From IMG/VR virus record IMGVR_UViG_3300002334_000208: 64,000 nt of DNA. One strand, given 5' to 3'. Below are positions 46,548 through 56,519 of this stretch, piece after piece. A program made the position numbers and the translations under genes. The DNA is from a virus. Lineage: Duplodnaviria > Heunggongvirae > Uroviricota > Caudoviricetes. The stretch's first letter is position 1. The number at the start of each line of letters is the position of its first letter. The notes beneath the pieces are model-generated. The model did no database searches, was not told the origin of the DNA, and saw nothing but the letters and a program-made list of their open reading frames with translations.

Positions 46548-47921
46548 ATCTTCAAGCTTAGGAATATTATGACCGACATCACTTTATCAGATATGCAATG
46601 GGACGCAGTGAAGGCCGCAAAAAAATGGTTCGACGTATCTATCCCGGGTAAGTCTGATTCATTCTATTTAGCCGGACTTGCTGGATCAGGTAAGAGTACA
46701 GTTCTCCCTGACATAGTAGACTACCTCGGCATTGATCCGACCGATGTAGAATTTCTTGCACCCACCGGGCGCGCGGCGCGAGTTATGACAAAGAAATTAC
46801 GAGTACAGTTCGGGCGCACCGCACTGGCAACAACAATTCACAAATCAATTTACATCCCGAGCCATACAGAAGTTGATAGGCTCTTAAAATTGGTCGAGCA
46901 GCTGCAACATTACATCATCAACGAGCCAGGCGCAGAACTAAAGCAGCCGATTGCTGGTACACTTTTACCTGACGTAGCTCTGGCAGCAATAAGTAAGCGG
47001 CTGGACTCTGCCTACGGAGATGATCAACATTCTATGCCTCACTTCATGGTCAACATGGAGAGCAAGCTGAGAGAACGCCGCCTCATTATCTGTGACGAAG
47101 CGTCAATGGTTGGTTCTCGTGTCGCTGCCGATTTGAAGAGTTTTGGTATCCCGATCCTTGCTCTGGGTGATCCCGGGCAGTTGCCTCCAGTGAGAGATAC
47201 TGCTGGATTATCTGATGGTGAGCCAGATTTCTTTCTATCCGAAATACACCGGCAAGCAGCCGACAATCCAATCATCAGAATAGCCCACCAATTACGCAAA
47301 GGCATCTATCCACAATATGGACATTATGATGGGCTCGTGCATGTTGTGACGCCGCAAGACGACGAATGGACCGTAAACCCAGATTATAATGGTCAGGTGA
47401 TTGCCGGTACCCACAAGAAACGTTTCATTCTGACGGATAAAATTCGTAAGTCTATGGGATTTACATCTGATGGTCCAATGGAAGATGAACTGTTGATCGT
47501 CAAGAAGAATTCAAAACGCCATCCCGATCTTGTAAATGGTACGCCGGTCTGGTGTACGAAAAGCTCTGGTGCTGATGAAGATGGCTCACTGACATCTGGC
47601 TACTCAACTATGGATTTGTCTATCGAAGATGAAGACACAGGATTGAAATATGATGTCACTGCCGTTCAGGGATTATTCGAGGAACAACAGTTTCACAAAA
47701 AAGGCAAGCATACATGCAGCGGTCAGGCAAATCATTTTGCTAAAGTGAAACATGAACACGTCGAGTTTGGTTGGGTGATCACCGGTCATTCATCACAGGG
47801 ATCACAGTGGGAAAATGTAATCGTACATGACGAGAGTCAGGTATTCCGTGAAGCTGCGCACAAGTGGGCTTATACCTGCTGCACACGCGCCGAAAAAGAA
47901 CTCGTTTGGGTTATGAGATAG
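46536..47921 (+). CDS. Dda/RecD-like SF1 helicase
   Basis: Walker A GLAGSGKST; TIHKSI; C-terminal VITGHSSQGSQWENVIVH. Confidence 0.7.
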   Translation: MARNIFKLRNIMTDITLSDMQWDAVKAAKKWFDVSIPGKSDSFYLAGLAGSGKSTVLPDIVDYLGIDPTDVEFLAPTGRAARVMTKKLRVQFGRTALATTIHKSIYIPSHTEVDRLLKLVEQLQHYIINEPGAELKQPIAGTLLPDVALAAISKRLDSAYGDDQHSMPHFMVNMESKLRERRLIICDEASMVGSRVAADLKSFGIPILALGDPGQLPPVRDTAGLSDGEPDFFLSEIHRQAADNPIIRIAHQLRKGIYPQYGHYDGLVHVVTPQDDEWTVNPDYNGQVIAGTHKKRFILTDKIRKSMGFTSDGPMEDELLIVKKNSKRHPDLVNGTPVWCTKSSGADEDGSLTSGYSTMDLSIEDEDTGLKYDVTAVQGLFEEQQFHKKGKHTCSGQANHFAKVKHEHVEFGWVITGHSSQGSQWENVIVHDESQVFREAAHKWAYTCCTRAEKELVWVMR

Positions 47922-47930
47922 GAGAATTCT

Positions 47931-48515
47931 ATGACTAAGATTATTGCAATTTGCGGATTCAAAGGTTCAGGCAAAGATGAGGTAGCCAAGCGCCTTCCTG
48001 ATGCATATGTGAATTTAAAGTTTGCCGGACCATTGAAAGATATGATCCGTGTTCTCTTTGAAGCTCAGGGAATGTCCGGCGTAGAGCTGGAGCGATATAT
48101 CGAAGGAGATATGAAGGAAATACCATCCGAGTATCTGAATGGCAAGACATCGCGCGAAGCCCAACAAACCATTGGAACTGAATGGGGTCGCGATTTGATA
48201 TCTCCGACACTCTGGGCTGACATTTTGGAGCGTAGTTGCGAGCATCACGATTTCGTTGTCGTCACTGACATGCGCTTTCCGAATGAATTTGAACTGATGG
48301 AACGCTTGGGCGCAATAACGGTCAGGGTCGAGCGCGCCGGGCAAAACAGCAATGAATTTTCTGATCACCCATCAGAGAGATATATCAGCACATTCGATGT
48401 CGGATACGTCATTGACAATGATGGGTCTTTGGATGATCTCGACAAGAAAGTCAGCGAGCTGCTGACTGATGTTCAACGCGAAGAAGACTTCGCTAACGGC
48501 GGGAATTACAACTAA
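47931..48515 (+). CDS. deoxynucleoside monophosphate kinase (T4 gp1-like)
   Basis: N-terminal IAICGFKGSGKDEVA P-loop. Confidence 0.6.
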   Translation: MTKIIAICGFKGSGKDEVAKRLPDAYVNLKFAGPLKDMIRVLFEAQGMSGVELERYIEGDMKEIPSEYLNGKTSREAQQTIGTEWGRDLISPTLWADILERSCEHHDFVVVTDMRFPNEFELMERLGAITVRVERAGQNSNEFSDHPSERYISTFDVGYVIDNDGSLDDLDKKVSELLTDVQREEDFANGGNYN

Positions 48516-48516
48516 T

Positions 48517-49476
48517 ATGACCATTACAGCCAAAGTAATTGCACACTCAACCCATCCCGGTTGCCCGGACATCATTACGATGGAGCTTTCATATAATCGC
48601 TTCATCCACGCAGAATTCATGACTCATCGTGAGTTCTCACGCAACGCCTCATCATCGCGCGCCATTCCAGCTGCTCGTCAGCTGCAGATGATTCTTGATG
48701 ATACTGCTAAACCAGAAGTGTGGGGATCGAACAAACCTGGCATGCAGGCTGGCGCTGAGTTGACTGGAATGAAACTTTGGGCTGCAAAGAAATTGTGGGG
48801 CATGGCTGCGCGGATCAATGTTGGGCTGGCGCGAGCAATGAATCGTCTCGGCGTACATAAGCAGATCGTCAACCGTATCTGCGAACCATATGCTCACATC
48901 AAGGTGGTGGTTACATCTACCAACTGGTCGAACTTCTTGGCTCTTAGAGACCACCCGGACGCCCAGCCTGAGATCGCAATCTTGGCGCGCGCCATTCGCA
49001 GCGCTTTGGAAGCGCCACATGAGATATTGAAGCTGACACAATATGGCTGGCATCTCCCATATGTTACTGATGCTGATTTCCAACTCATTAATAATTACAT
49101 CTTACATGTCAATGAACATGGTGGAAGTACAGTAACTGACACACCCCTAACTATTGCTTTAAGAATTTCTGTAGCTAGATGCGCTCGCGTCAGTTATTTT
49201 GTTTTTGGAGACTCTAATATGCTACCAACTGTTGAGTCAGACCTTGCACTTTATTTTAAGTTGGTTGGTGGCTATCCTCTGCACGCAAGCCCGGCAGAGC
49301 ATCAGGCAAGTCCGATACCACCATTATTCCAAAAAGCCAATGGTGGTGTTGATGTGACTGGAAATCTTCGCGGATGGAAACAGTATCGCAAAACCTTGAT
49401 AGGTGAATCCGTGCTTGATCCAGAACAGTGGAAGCAAGACAAATTCACAAATTTCGCACACAACCCAGCAGAATAA
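48517..49476 (+). CDS. thyX: flavin-dependent thymidylate synthase ThyX
   Basis: ThyX motif RHRxxS as FMTHREFSRNASSSRAIP; ~320 aa. Confidence 0.8.
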   Translation: MTITAKVIAHSTHPGCPDIITMELSYNRFIHAEFMTHREFSRNASSSRAIPAARQLQMILDDTAKPEVWGSNKPGMQAGAELTGMKLWAAKKLWGMAARINVGLARAMNRLGVHKQIVNRICEPYAHIKVVVTSTNWSNFLALRDHPDAQPEIAILARAIRSALEAPHEILKLTQYGWHLPYVTDADFQLINNYILHVNEHGGSTVTDTPLTIALRISVARCARVSYFVFGDSNMLPTVESDLALYFKLVGGYPLHASPAEHQASPIPPLFQKANGGVDVTGNLRGWKQYRKTLIGESVLDPEQWKQDKFTNFAHNPAE

Positions 49477-49482
49477 ATTTTT

Positions 49483-49848
49483 ATGACCACAGAAAATCAA
49501 GAGGCGGTCGAACCGTCCAAAGAAGAATTACAGGAACTACGCGACGAGGGGCTTACCCGCGACGAGATAGCTGCGATCTATGAGACTTCAACATCTCAGG
49601 TAAAACGATGGTTGGCGGATTACAAGATCGTGAAAACCATTACTCAGCCAAATATGAATCTGATACCGGCTGCAACCGAGAATCTTAATTGGGATGCTGG
49701 GATGCCGGTGATGGAGAGATGCAAATTTCGTCTCGGTGAGCGCATGACAGAAGATAGCAGAGGATACCGCCTTGACGGTCGCCCTACATCTTCCAAAGAT
49801 TTGATATTAGCTGCTGGTCTACCCCTCGCAGACCGCGCACTGAGTTAG
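49483..49848 (+). CDS. small HTH-like protein (121 aa)
   Basis: ORF; LTRDEIAAIYETSTSQVKRW helix-turn-helix-like. Confidence 0.35.
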   Translation: MTTENQEAVEPSKEELQELRDEGLTRDEIAAIYETSTSQVKRWLADYKIVKTITQPNMNLIPAATENLNWDAGMPVMERCKFRLGERMTEDSRGYRLDGRPTSSKDLILAAGLPLADRALS

Positions 49849-51510
49849 AGCTCTATTGAGTTCTTGAGATAAACTAGTGCTTCGCTGATAATAGAGGGTC
49901 TTCACTTTTCTTTCCCACGCATAAATTAACAGTTCATGAATATCTTTGACCGGCGTATCTGGATGGATCATCAGATTGATTGATTGCGACTGATCAATAT
50001 AAGGGGCACGGTCGGCGGCTTGATCAATGATCGACATTTGCGACACTTCACCGAATGTTTTGAACACATCTTTCTCATCTTGAGAGAGGAAGTGCAAATG
50101 TGACACCGATCCACCATTCATCAAAATCGATTTCCAAGTAGGTGCCGTGTTCCAGCCTTTGCTTTCCAACAGAGCTTCCAAGAACTCGTTTTTTATAGGG
50201 AAATTGCCCTTGGCGAGCTTTTCGGTGTAATAATTGGAGTTTCTGGGCTCGATAGACTTTGAAACCTTACCAAGGATGAACGAGGATGAGGTTGTAGGGG
50301 CAAGAGCCATTCTGGTAGCATTGCGGTAGCCGTAACCCTCTAAAACCTCTGGTTCACCAAATGAGAGGGCCAATTCTCTGCTCGCCTCTGCAGATTGCTC
50401 ATTCAGCTGTATAAAGATGGTTTTGTTCAGAGCCCGGGCATATAGTCCGTCGAAAGCAAGCATATTGCTCTGCAGGTAAGAATGCCAGCCGAGCACACCA
50501 AGACCGACCGATCGGTGACGCTTTGCAAACCGGTGAGCGCAATCCATAAGGGGCACGCCCTCGGTTTTTTGAATGTACTCTTCCATCACGCTGTCCAGAA
50601 AATACATCATATTTCGGACAAGGTTGGTTTCTTTCCAATCGTCATAATAAAGGAGGTTCACCGAGGACAGGCAGCACACAAATGATTCGTCTTTACTGGA
50701 AGGCAGGGCAACTTCTGCGCACAGATTGGAAGCCCATATTTTCATTCCATGATCACGATACCATTGCGGCGCGCCATTGTTCACGGTGTCTGTCCAGAAT
50801 AGATAAGGATAGCCGGTCATGCTCCGTTTCTTTAGAATGCGCAACCAAACTTTTCTTTTATCATCGTCACCGGCAATCATTGCTTCCATCCACGCATCCG
50901 TGATGGTCACGCCAAGTGATAAATCCTGGATCGTATTCCCCTCTTCTCGGCACTCCAAGAATTCCATAATGTCGGCGTGCTCGATGTTCAGATATACCGC
51001 GCAATTACCACGGCGAATATTTGACTGGCTGATCACATCAACCGTCTCCTGTAGGATACGCATGAAATGGACTGGACCTTCTGATGTCCCACCAACGCTA
51101 ATCTTTGCGCCGCGCGGTCGCAGCTCGCCCATGTATGCGCTGGTCCCAGCACCGAACTTTGTTTGTCCGCCGATCTCAGCTGTCTTCAACAGAATTGATT
51201 CCACACTGTCGTCATAGAAACTGCCATTGCAGCTGATCGGCAGGCCACGGTCGTTACCGTAATTCGACCACACCGGTGAAGAGAATGAGACCCATCCTTT
51301 TAGGACCTGCTGTTCGAACTCATCAGCGAACCCAGCGATTTCAAGATTAGCTTCCGCTGTCTCGCAAATCTGCCTGATGCGTTCTTCTGGTGTCTGATTG
51401 TTGTGGAGATATCCTCGTGATAGGAAAGTTCTTGTGTCCGCGTCTAGCCATTTTGTCATTTTAAAATACATCTTCTGAGTTGTAGGTCTTTCCGTTTTTT
51501 GCGTAATCAA
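49819..51510 (-). CDS. nrdA: class I ribonucleotide reductase alpha subunit (short form, no ATP cone)
   Basis: active-site SNLCAEV, catalytic Cys/Glu/Asn context, 563 aa; adjacent nrdB. Confidence 0.75.
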   Translation of the reverse strand: MITQKTERPTTQKMYFKMTKWLDADTRTFLSRGYLHNNQTPEERIRQICETAEANLEIAGFADEFEQQVLKGWVSFSSPVWSNYGNDRGLPISCNGSFYDDSVESILLKTAEIGGQTKFGAGTSAYMGELRPRGAKISVGGTSEGPVHFMRILQETVDVISQSNIRRGNCAVYLNIEHADIMEFLECREEGNTIQDLSLGVTITDAWMEAMIAGDDDKRKVWLRILKKRSMTGYPYLFWTDTVNNGAPQWYRDHGMKIWASNLCAEVALPSSKDESFVCCLSSVNLLYYDDWKETNLVRNMMYFLDSVMEEYIQKTEGVPLMDCAHRFAKRHRSVGLGVLGWHSYLQSNMLAFDGLYARALNKTIFIQLNEQSAEASRELALSFGEPEVLEGYGYRNATRMALAPTTSSSFILGKVSKSIEPRNSNYYTEKLAKGNFPIKNEFLEALLESKGWNTAPTWKSILMNGGSVSHLHFLSQDEKDVFKTFGEVSQMSIIDQAADRAPYIDQSQSINLMIHPDTPVKDIHELLIYAWERKVKTLYYQRSTSLSQELNRALTQCAVCEG

Positions 51511-52477
51511 CCGGTTTGGAATGAAAGAAGTCAGTTGAATTGTTGCCGTAGAGTTCCACGTCGAACCATTCAGTCTGCTTCATCATATCATCGTTCGTGA
51601 TAGCAATTGGTGCAAAACCAATTGACTCCAGCGAACTGTTTAGCCGGGATGCTACAAAATTTCTTAATATAGGTTTGCTCAGTCCATCAACTTTATAATC
51701 ACCAAGCATCCATTCGATTAGTTCTGCCTCTGCATCGAATGCAACTATTGCTTCTTGCCTAATTCGTTCTGCCAGCTCTTCATCGAACAGTTCTGGGTAT
51801 TCTTCACGCAGCGTGTTGATCAGCTTGATGCCGATTTTTGCGTGTAGGTCTTCTTCATTGCGCGTATAGCTGACTTGTTGAGCGGTGTCCTTCAAGACAT
51901 TGCGGAATGTGTTGAAATGCATGATGGTGTAGAACTGACTGAACAGGCTAACATTCTCGACGAATAGGGTGAACAGAATGATGGCGTAAACATATTGCTT
52001 ACGATCATCGTCATATATTTTGCTGCTGTATTTGCGCAGATAATCAACCCGGCTTCTCACGACAGGCTCATCCAAATTTTTCTCAAATTCATCCTGGAGA
52101 TCAAGAACTTTGAGCAGCTTCTCATACGCTTGATTGTGAATGACCTCTGAGTTAGCCATAACCAGACCGAGATCAGAGATAGAAGGGTGTTTGAAGTTAC
52201 GACCGAGATCAGCCCAGAATCGCTTCACTGTGATCTCTATCTGACCAATAGCCGAGAGTGTGCGCGTAATCAGCTGGCGCTCCTGATCATTGAGAGATGT
52301 GAGGAATTGGGATTTATCTGAACTAAAATTGAATTCGTCCGGCGTCCAGAAGGTGCGCCAGAACGTGGTAATAAATTCTTGTGTCCACGGATACCTGTCA
52401 GGTAATCTGTGAACTTGTTCGTCAAATAAGCCCATGGGAAAATCTCTTGTTAGTGTGTGAGATTCAGTATGCCGCAA
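51461..52477 (-). CDS. nrdB: class I ribonucleotide reductase beta subunit
   Basis: di-iron ligand pattern ExxH twice (NSEVIH, NEEDLH), FVENVSLFSQF aromatic radical-site region. Confidence 0.7.
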   Translation of the reverse strand: MRHTESHTLTRDFPMGLFDEQVHRLPDRYPWTQEFITTFWRTFWTPDEFNFSSDKSQFLTSLNDQERQLITRTLSAIGQIEITVKRFWADLGRNFKHPSISDLGLVMANSEVIHNQAYEKLLKVLDLQDEFEKNLDEPVVRSRVDYLRKYSSKIYDDDRKQYVYAIILFTLFVENVSLFSQFYTIMHFNTFRNVLKDTAQQVSYTRNEEDLHAKIGIKLINTLREEYPELFDEELAERIRQEAIVAFDAEAELIEWMLGDYKVDGLSKPILRNFVASRLNSSLESIGFAPIAITNDDMMKQTEWFDVELYGNNSTDFFHSKPVDYAKNGKTYNSEDVF

Positions 52478-52542
52478 CCGAGCTGATTTTTCAATTTATA
52501 TATTTGCGTTTTGTGGAGAAAGATTTCTTGACTCTCGTCGAT

Positions 52543-53262
52543 CTACGTGCCGGTCGATCCGAAACCGCCAGAACCTCTGCCTGTAACATTTCTCTGGATA
52601 GTGTTTGCATCATCGAGCACATTGATATCCGGGCGTGTGCATCTCTCTATGATCAGCTGAGCAATGCGATCTCCGTGAGAAAGGATGACAGAAGTTGATC
52701 CAGTGTTCAATAGGATGACACCGATTTCGCCTTTATAATCACTATCGATGACACCGGCGAGTACGTCGATACCCCAGTCATCCGCCAAGCCGGATCGGGG
52801 AGCAATGCGCCCATATAATTCAGAGCTCGGAAGATGAATTTTGATACCGGTATGAAACAACCGGCGTTCGCCTGCATGCAGAGATACTTGAGGATACGAT
52901 GCGCGTGTGTCATTCGTGCTCATGCAACTGTGCATGTACAAATCCATACCGGCAGAGCAGGCTGATCCATATGTAGGAGCAATCGCGTTGGGTCGGCAGA
53001 GCTCGACATGCATTACTTCTTCACCATTGCCTGTGAACTCCGGCACTTTAGGGAAGCGCGATCTGATTTGATCAATACCACCAATGAGAGCGCCAGTTGT
53101 TGTCACCAATAAAGGAAGCCCGAGGACATTCCATTTATCAGTCAGTTTGGCTTTTTCAATGTCGGAGTTGACCTGACGTACTTCATATTGTCTGTTGTCG
53201 CTCTGCAAAATTCTGTCTGCTTCTGAGCAATCAAGGCTGTTCGGTTCAGTAAATAAAATCAT
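52543..53262 (-). CDS. dut: glutaredoxin-like N-domain fused to trimeric dUTPase
   Basis: dUTPase motifs SAGMDLY, RSGLA, GVIDSDYKGE, C-terminal RGSGGFGSTG; N-terminal ~85 aa has Grx-fold signatures (MILFTEPNSLDCSEA ... GLPLLV ... GALIGGIDQI). Confidence 0.7.
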   Translation of the reverse strand: MILFTEPNSLDCSEADRILQSDNRQYEVRQVNSDIEKAKLTDKWNVLGLPLLVTTTGALIGGIDQIRSRFPKVPEFTGNGEEVMHVELCRPNAIAPTYGSACSAGMDLYMHSCMSTNDTRASYPQVSLHAGERRLFHTGIKIHLPSSELYGRIAPRSGLADDWGIDVLAGVIDSDYKGEIGVILLNTGSTSVILSHGDRIAQLIIERCTRPDINVLDDANTIQRNVTGRGSGGFGSTGT

Positions 53263-53270
53263 GTCGGCTC

Positions 53271-53675
53271 CTAGTGCATCATTACGGGTTTAGGGCGAAG
53301 AGTTTCGAGTACTTCGACGAACACTCTCCTATCATTGTCATTATCAAATGGGTAGTTGTTTGCATAATCCATCATCCGGTGAAACAGTTTAATGTCGTCA
53401 CCGATGCTCGCCATGGGGTTTGTTATGAGACAGGTTGCTGTGTAAACGTAATCTTTGCCAATGTCGTCGTCAGAAAAATTGACGCTGATATCAACTGCAT
53501 TGCAATCAACCAAATGACCGGCAAGTTTATTCACAATGTTCTGCTTGATTACATCCGAACGTTTCATCCGTTCTTCTGGAGATTCGTTCTCAATATATGG
53601 GATGCGCCACTCACATGCGTACGGCTTATAGGTATTCGCTTGATGGAAATCATCTTCGTCGTTTTGCATTCGCAC
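53271..53675 (-). CDS. hypothetical acidic protein (134 aa)
   Basis: ORF. Confidence 0.4.
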   Translation of the reverse strand: MRMQNDEDDFHQANTYKPYACEWRIPYIENESPEERMKRSDVIKQNIVNKLAGHLVDCNAVDISVNFSDDDIGKDYVYTATCLITNPMASIGDDIKLFHRMMDYANNYPFDNDNDRRVFVEVLETLRPKPVMMH

Positions 53676-54029
53676 CTACTTCTTTTTGGTTTCTTTGGCA
53701 ACGCGCAGACGTTCGGCCTCGTTGAATGCATCTACTTTTTTCTGGTGGTCCTTGAGAATAAGGTCCAAGACTTTAAGATTAGCAGCACAATTATCACCAC
53801 GATGATCAGTCTTAGCAATGAGAACTGCGACATCTTTTTGAGTGCGCCCTTCAATCGAAGGAGAAACCACACGCGGTAAACAGCGGCGTATAGCATCAGG
53901 AATTTTAGGTGCCACCAACTTTGTCTGCACAGAGACAGTAAGAATTGGTGGGGTAGTCGCACAACTAGCGAGCGTCAATAACGCGATTGAGAATAGGAGA
54001 GACAGGACCGTCTTCACTTGGATCAGCAT
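53676..54029 (-). CDS. o-spanin (outer-membrane lipoprotein, Rz1-like)
   Basis: lipobox LTLASC; overlaps 3' end of i-spanin gene in a different frame. Confidence 0.55.
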   Translation of the reverse strand: MLIQVKTVLSLLFSIALLTLASCATTPPILTVSVQTKLVAPKIPDAIRRCLPRVVSPSIEGRTQKDVAVLIAKTDHRGDNCAANLKVLDLILKDHQKKVDAFNEAERLRVAKETKKK

Positions 54030-54339
54030 TCAATATTCCTTCCACAAACTCTGACAGGCCTTGCTGGGCTTGTTCGGTTGTTTCTACGTGCTTTCTGAGC
54101 GCTTTGAGATCGTCTTCAAGCAGGCGCGCCGTAAACGTCTTAACGCGGATCGTGCCCTCAAGGCCTTTGATCTTCACGTCTTTGACAATGATCTGTTGTT
54201 GGAGCAAAGCATTTTTTGTCTCCAGTCTTGATAACTTAATGGTCATTATACCAAAAAGCAACCCTGCTGACACTAAAATTGCAGCGCCGCCGAGTAACAT
54301 CATTTTGTTTAGGCCTAGTAAGCCAAGTAATTTACCCAT
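53965..54339 (-). CDS. i-spanin (Rz-like, N-terminal TM + coiled coil)
   Basis: single N-terminal TM then periplasmic coiled coil; position in lysis cassette. Confidence 0.55.
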   Translation of the reverse strand: MGKLLGLLGLNKMMLLGGAAILVSAGLLFGIMTIKLSRLETKNALLQQQIIVKDVKIKGLEGTIRVKTFTARLLEDDLKALRKHVETTEQAQQGLSEFVEGILNADPSEDGPVSPILNRVIDAR

Positions 54340-54342
54340 GGT

Positions 54343-54690
54343 TTATCCTTTAGCATCCGGGTCTTCTTCATATGGTTCGCTCGCCGGGCTTGGCGGTTTT
54401 GATTTAGAGGTAGGCATGCCCATATTCTTGCCAAGGTTCGACAATATCTCAGAGCGATCAATCGTTGTGGTTGACAGATATAGAAGCACGATCCATTGGA
54501 TCACACCCATGCAGCCTTTGACAAATGCTTCGGCAATGTCGCCGCTCCCAAAGAGCGTAACATAAAATGCCATCGCAGCAAATACCAATGTGCCGCCGAA
54601 CACATAAACTGCCCGGCGAGTTCTATTTGGTTTGTTAAATTCTTTCGGTGTAGTAGCCATGTACCCAGCCTTGTCCTGCTTGGCCTCCAA
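54343..54690 (-). CDS. holin (2 TM, charged C-terminus)
   Basis: two hydrophobic helices, Lys/Pro/Glu-rich tail, between endolysin and spanins. Confidence 0.5.
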   Translation of the reverse strand: MEAKQDKAGYMATTPKEFNKPNRTRRAVYVFGGTLVFAAMAFYVTLFGSGDIAEAFVKGCMGVIQWIVLLYLSTTTIDRSEILSNLGKNMGMPTSKSKPPSPASEPYEEDPDAKG

Positions 54691-55546
54691 GATATAATAG
54701 GAGCCATTTTCCGTCAGTTTTCAGCACGGTTCTTTCCATGCCTTTATCTAAATGTCCGATTGCTTTCCACTCAGGACCAGCACCTTCACGCACATTCAGT
54801 TTGTCGGTTGTCACGCGGATGCGGTATGTTTCTTCCTCATCCTTCTCTCGCTCACCATTATTGATACGGGCTTTATACCGCTTCATTGGGAACGCAGGAC
54901 CTGGATCAGTTTTCCAGCCGCGCGTATCGATTTCTTCGTGCGTGTTGATCGCTTTGATGTTGTATGCATCATCGAGAGCATCCACAATCTCATCCAGTTT
55001 TTTCAGCTGGGCTTCGGTGTACATAGGCCAATAGTAATAGCCTCCACCGAGAATAGGTTGCTTGGCTTTGATCATCAATTTTGGATCGTATCCTTTAGCA
55101 AACAGATAGTCGTCGGTGCGCTTGTGCCCGTAACCATCCATCCACACGCCTTCACTGACATATTTGAAGTAGCCAATGTTGACGATTTCGATGCCGATTG
55201 AGTAGCTGTTCAATCCACTGTATCCCATAAACCTGGAAGGACCAGCATGCCACGCGCGCTTGTTGAATGGAATCATCTGCGTTAGATCACCATCGCGATC
55301 TAAAACCAAGTGAGCGCTCACCTTACGGGTTTTAAACGCATGGATAGCATCAGCTGCAGACCAGCCACCGGTATAATGCATGGTGATGAAGATCGGATCA
55401 ATTACCACGTTTTTAGAATAGTTTTTGGTAGGGACGAAAGACACGCCCTGCAATTTATGTCGTACAACTTTCATATCGGTATCCTTATGATTGTAATTCC
55501 ATGCCAGCTTGCATTGCATCAACATCTGTTTTAGTCCATGCCCCAC
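54635..55546 (-). CDS. endolysin: N-acetylmuramoyl-L-alanine amidase (amidase_2/PGRP) with C-terminal SH3-like binding domain
   Basis: HYTGG, AHLVLDRDG, RAWHAG zinc-amidase motifs. Confidence 0.7.
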   Translation of the reverse strand: MGHGLKQMLMQCKLAWNYNHKDTDMKVVRHKLQGVSFVPTKNYSKNVVIDPIFITMHYTGGWSAADAIHAFKTRKVSAHLVLDRDGDLTQMIPFNKRAWHAGPSRFMGYSGLNSYSIGIEIVNIGYFKYVSEGVWMDGYGHKRTDDYLFAKGYDPKLMIKAKQPILGGGYYYWPMYTEAQLKKLDEIVDALDDAYNIKAINTHEEIDTRGWKTDPGPAFPMKRYKARINNGEREKDEEETYRIRVTTDKLNVREGAGPEWKAIGHLDKGMERTVLKTDGKWLLLYLGGQAGQGWVHGYYTERI

Positions 55547-56519
55547 CTCCCGGCCTTAGTCCAAATACTCCCTGCACGTTTTTATATGCAGCATCTGGCG
55601 CAATGCTCCCAGATTTAGCTATTTCTCCAGAGGCAGTTTTCACAAGCACATCTACATCATGAGAACCGACAAGTGTTGCACGAGTTGCAAGATTCACAGC
55701 AACGCCATAAATGGTATCTGTGCTCCCCATAGCGTCCATGTTATACAAATCTTTATTGTTGACAGTAGATGATTCCACATAAGTTGTATCACCATCATTG
55801 CTTCCAGTTTCATCAACATTAGAAACATTGGTGCTTGCTAGAGGTGTCCAATCTGAAACATCTCCTGCAGCATTAGGATAAATAGTATCAATTGAAATAT
55901 CTCCCAAGAAACCAGTAGGCGCATCTCCGGCAGAATTGTGTATTACAATATCATCATATGTGACAGTACCAAAATCGATACCACGTATTTCAACAGAGTT
56001 GATATTCGCATCTCCAACATTCGTGTCAGCGTTTGTTATTGAAACAACTGTTGCTTCGTTGAATTTCATCTCAACTATGCCAATTGTGTCGCTAATCACC
56101 ATGCGCATTTCCAGCCGGAAATATGTCCCTAGAGGCACTGCTTGTGATGAAGTAGCCAGCGTTGTCCCCCCTAAGCCTCTATGCACTCTTAAGAACCCTC
56201 CAGCCAATATCGAGACTGAAATATTCACATCATTGCTTGTCGATCTGAAAGATAGCAAATTTTCTCCGGCATCGGCAGCGCTGATGAGCATTGACAAAGA
56301 AAAAAACAATTCGTCTGTAGACACAGTGGTACCAGTAGCTGGAAACACTTTAGTGAGCAGCAACTGATCATCTATACCAACAATAGCACCACCACCAAAA
56401 CGTCCAGCAGAAGCTGACCAATTGAACTCGGCTGGAAATGCCGTGTCGTATTTTTGACCAACGTCCGAACCATCGGTCGCAGTGTAAGCATCACATCCAT
56501 CTACAAATATTAAAGCCAT
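55485..56519 (-). CDS. tail fibre protein (344 aa)
   Basis: Gly/Thr/Ser/Asp-rich beta-type sequence in tail-fibre block. Confidence 0.5.
   Translation of the reverse strand: MALIFVDGCDAYTATDGSDVGQKYDTAFPAEFNWSASAGRFGGGAIVGIDDQLLLTKVFPATGTTVSTDELFFSLSMLISAADAGENLLSFRSTSNDVNISVSILAGGFLRVHRGLGGTTLATSSQAVPLGTYFRLEMRMVISDTIGIVEMKFNEATVVSITNADTNVGDANINSVEIRGIDFGTVTYDDIVIHNSAGDAPTGFLGDISIDTIYPNAAGDVSDWTPLASTNVSNVDETGSNDGDTTYVESSTVNNKDLYNMDAMGSTDTIYGVAVNLATRATLVGSHDVDVLVKTASGEIAKSGSIAPDAAYKNVQGVFGLRPGGGAWTKTDVDAMQAGMELQS

Noticed and set aside
48469-48516. N-terminal extension of ThyX overlapping the dNMP kinase gene
   Set aside because: ThyX homology begins at MTITAKV (48517). The extension is frame run-on
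49819-51510. Intein or group I intron in RNR, ThyX or DNA polymerase genes
   Set aside because: All three genes read as uninterrupted ORFs of normal or short length with contiguous catalytic motifs. No homing-endonuclease motifs seen
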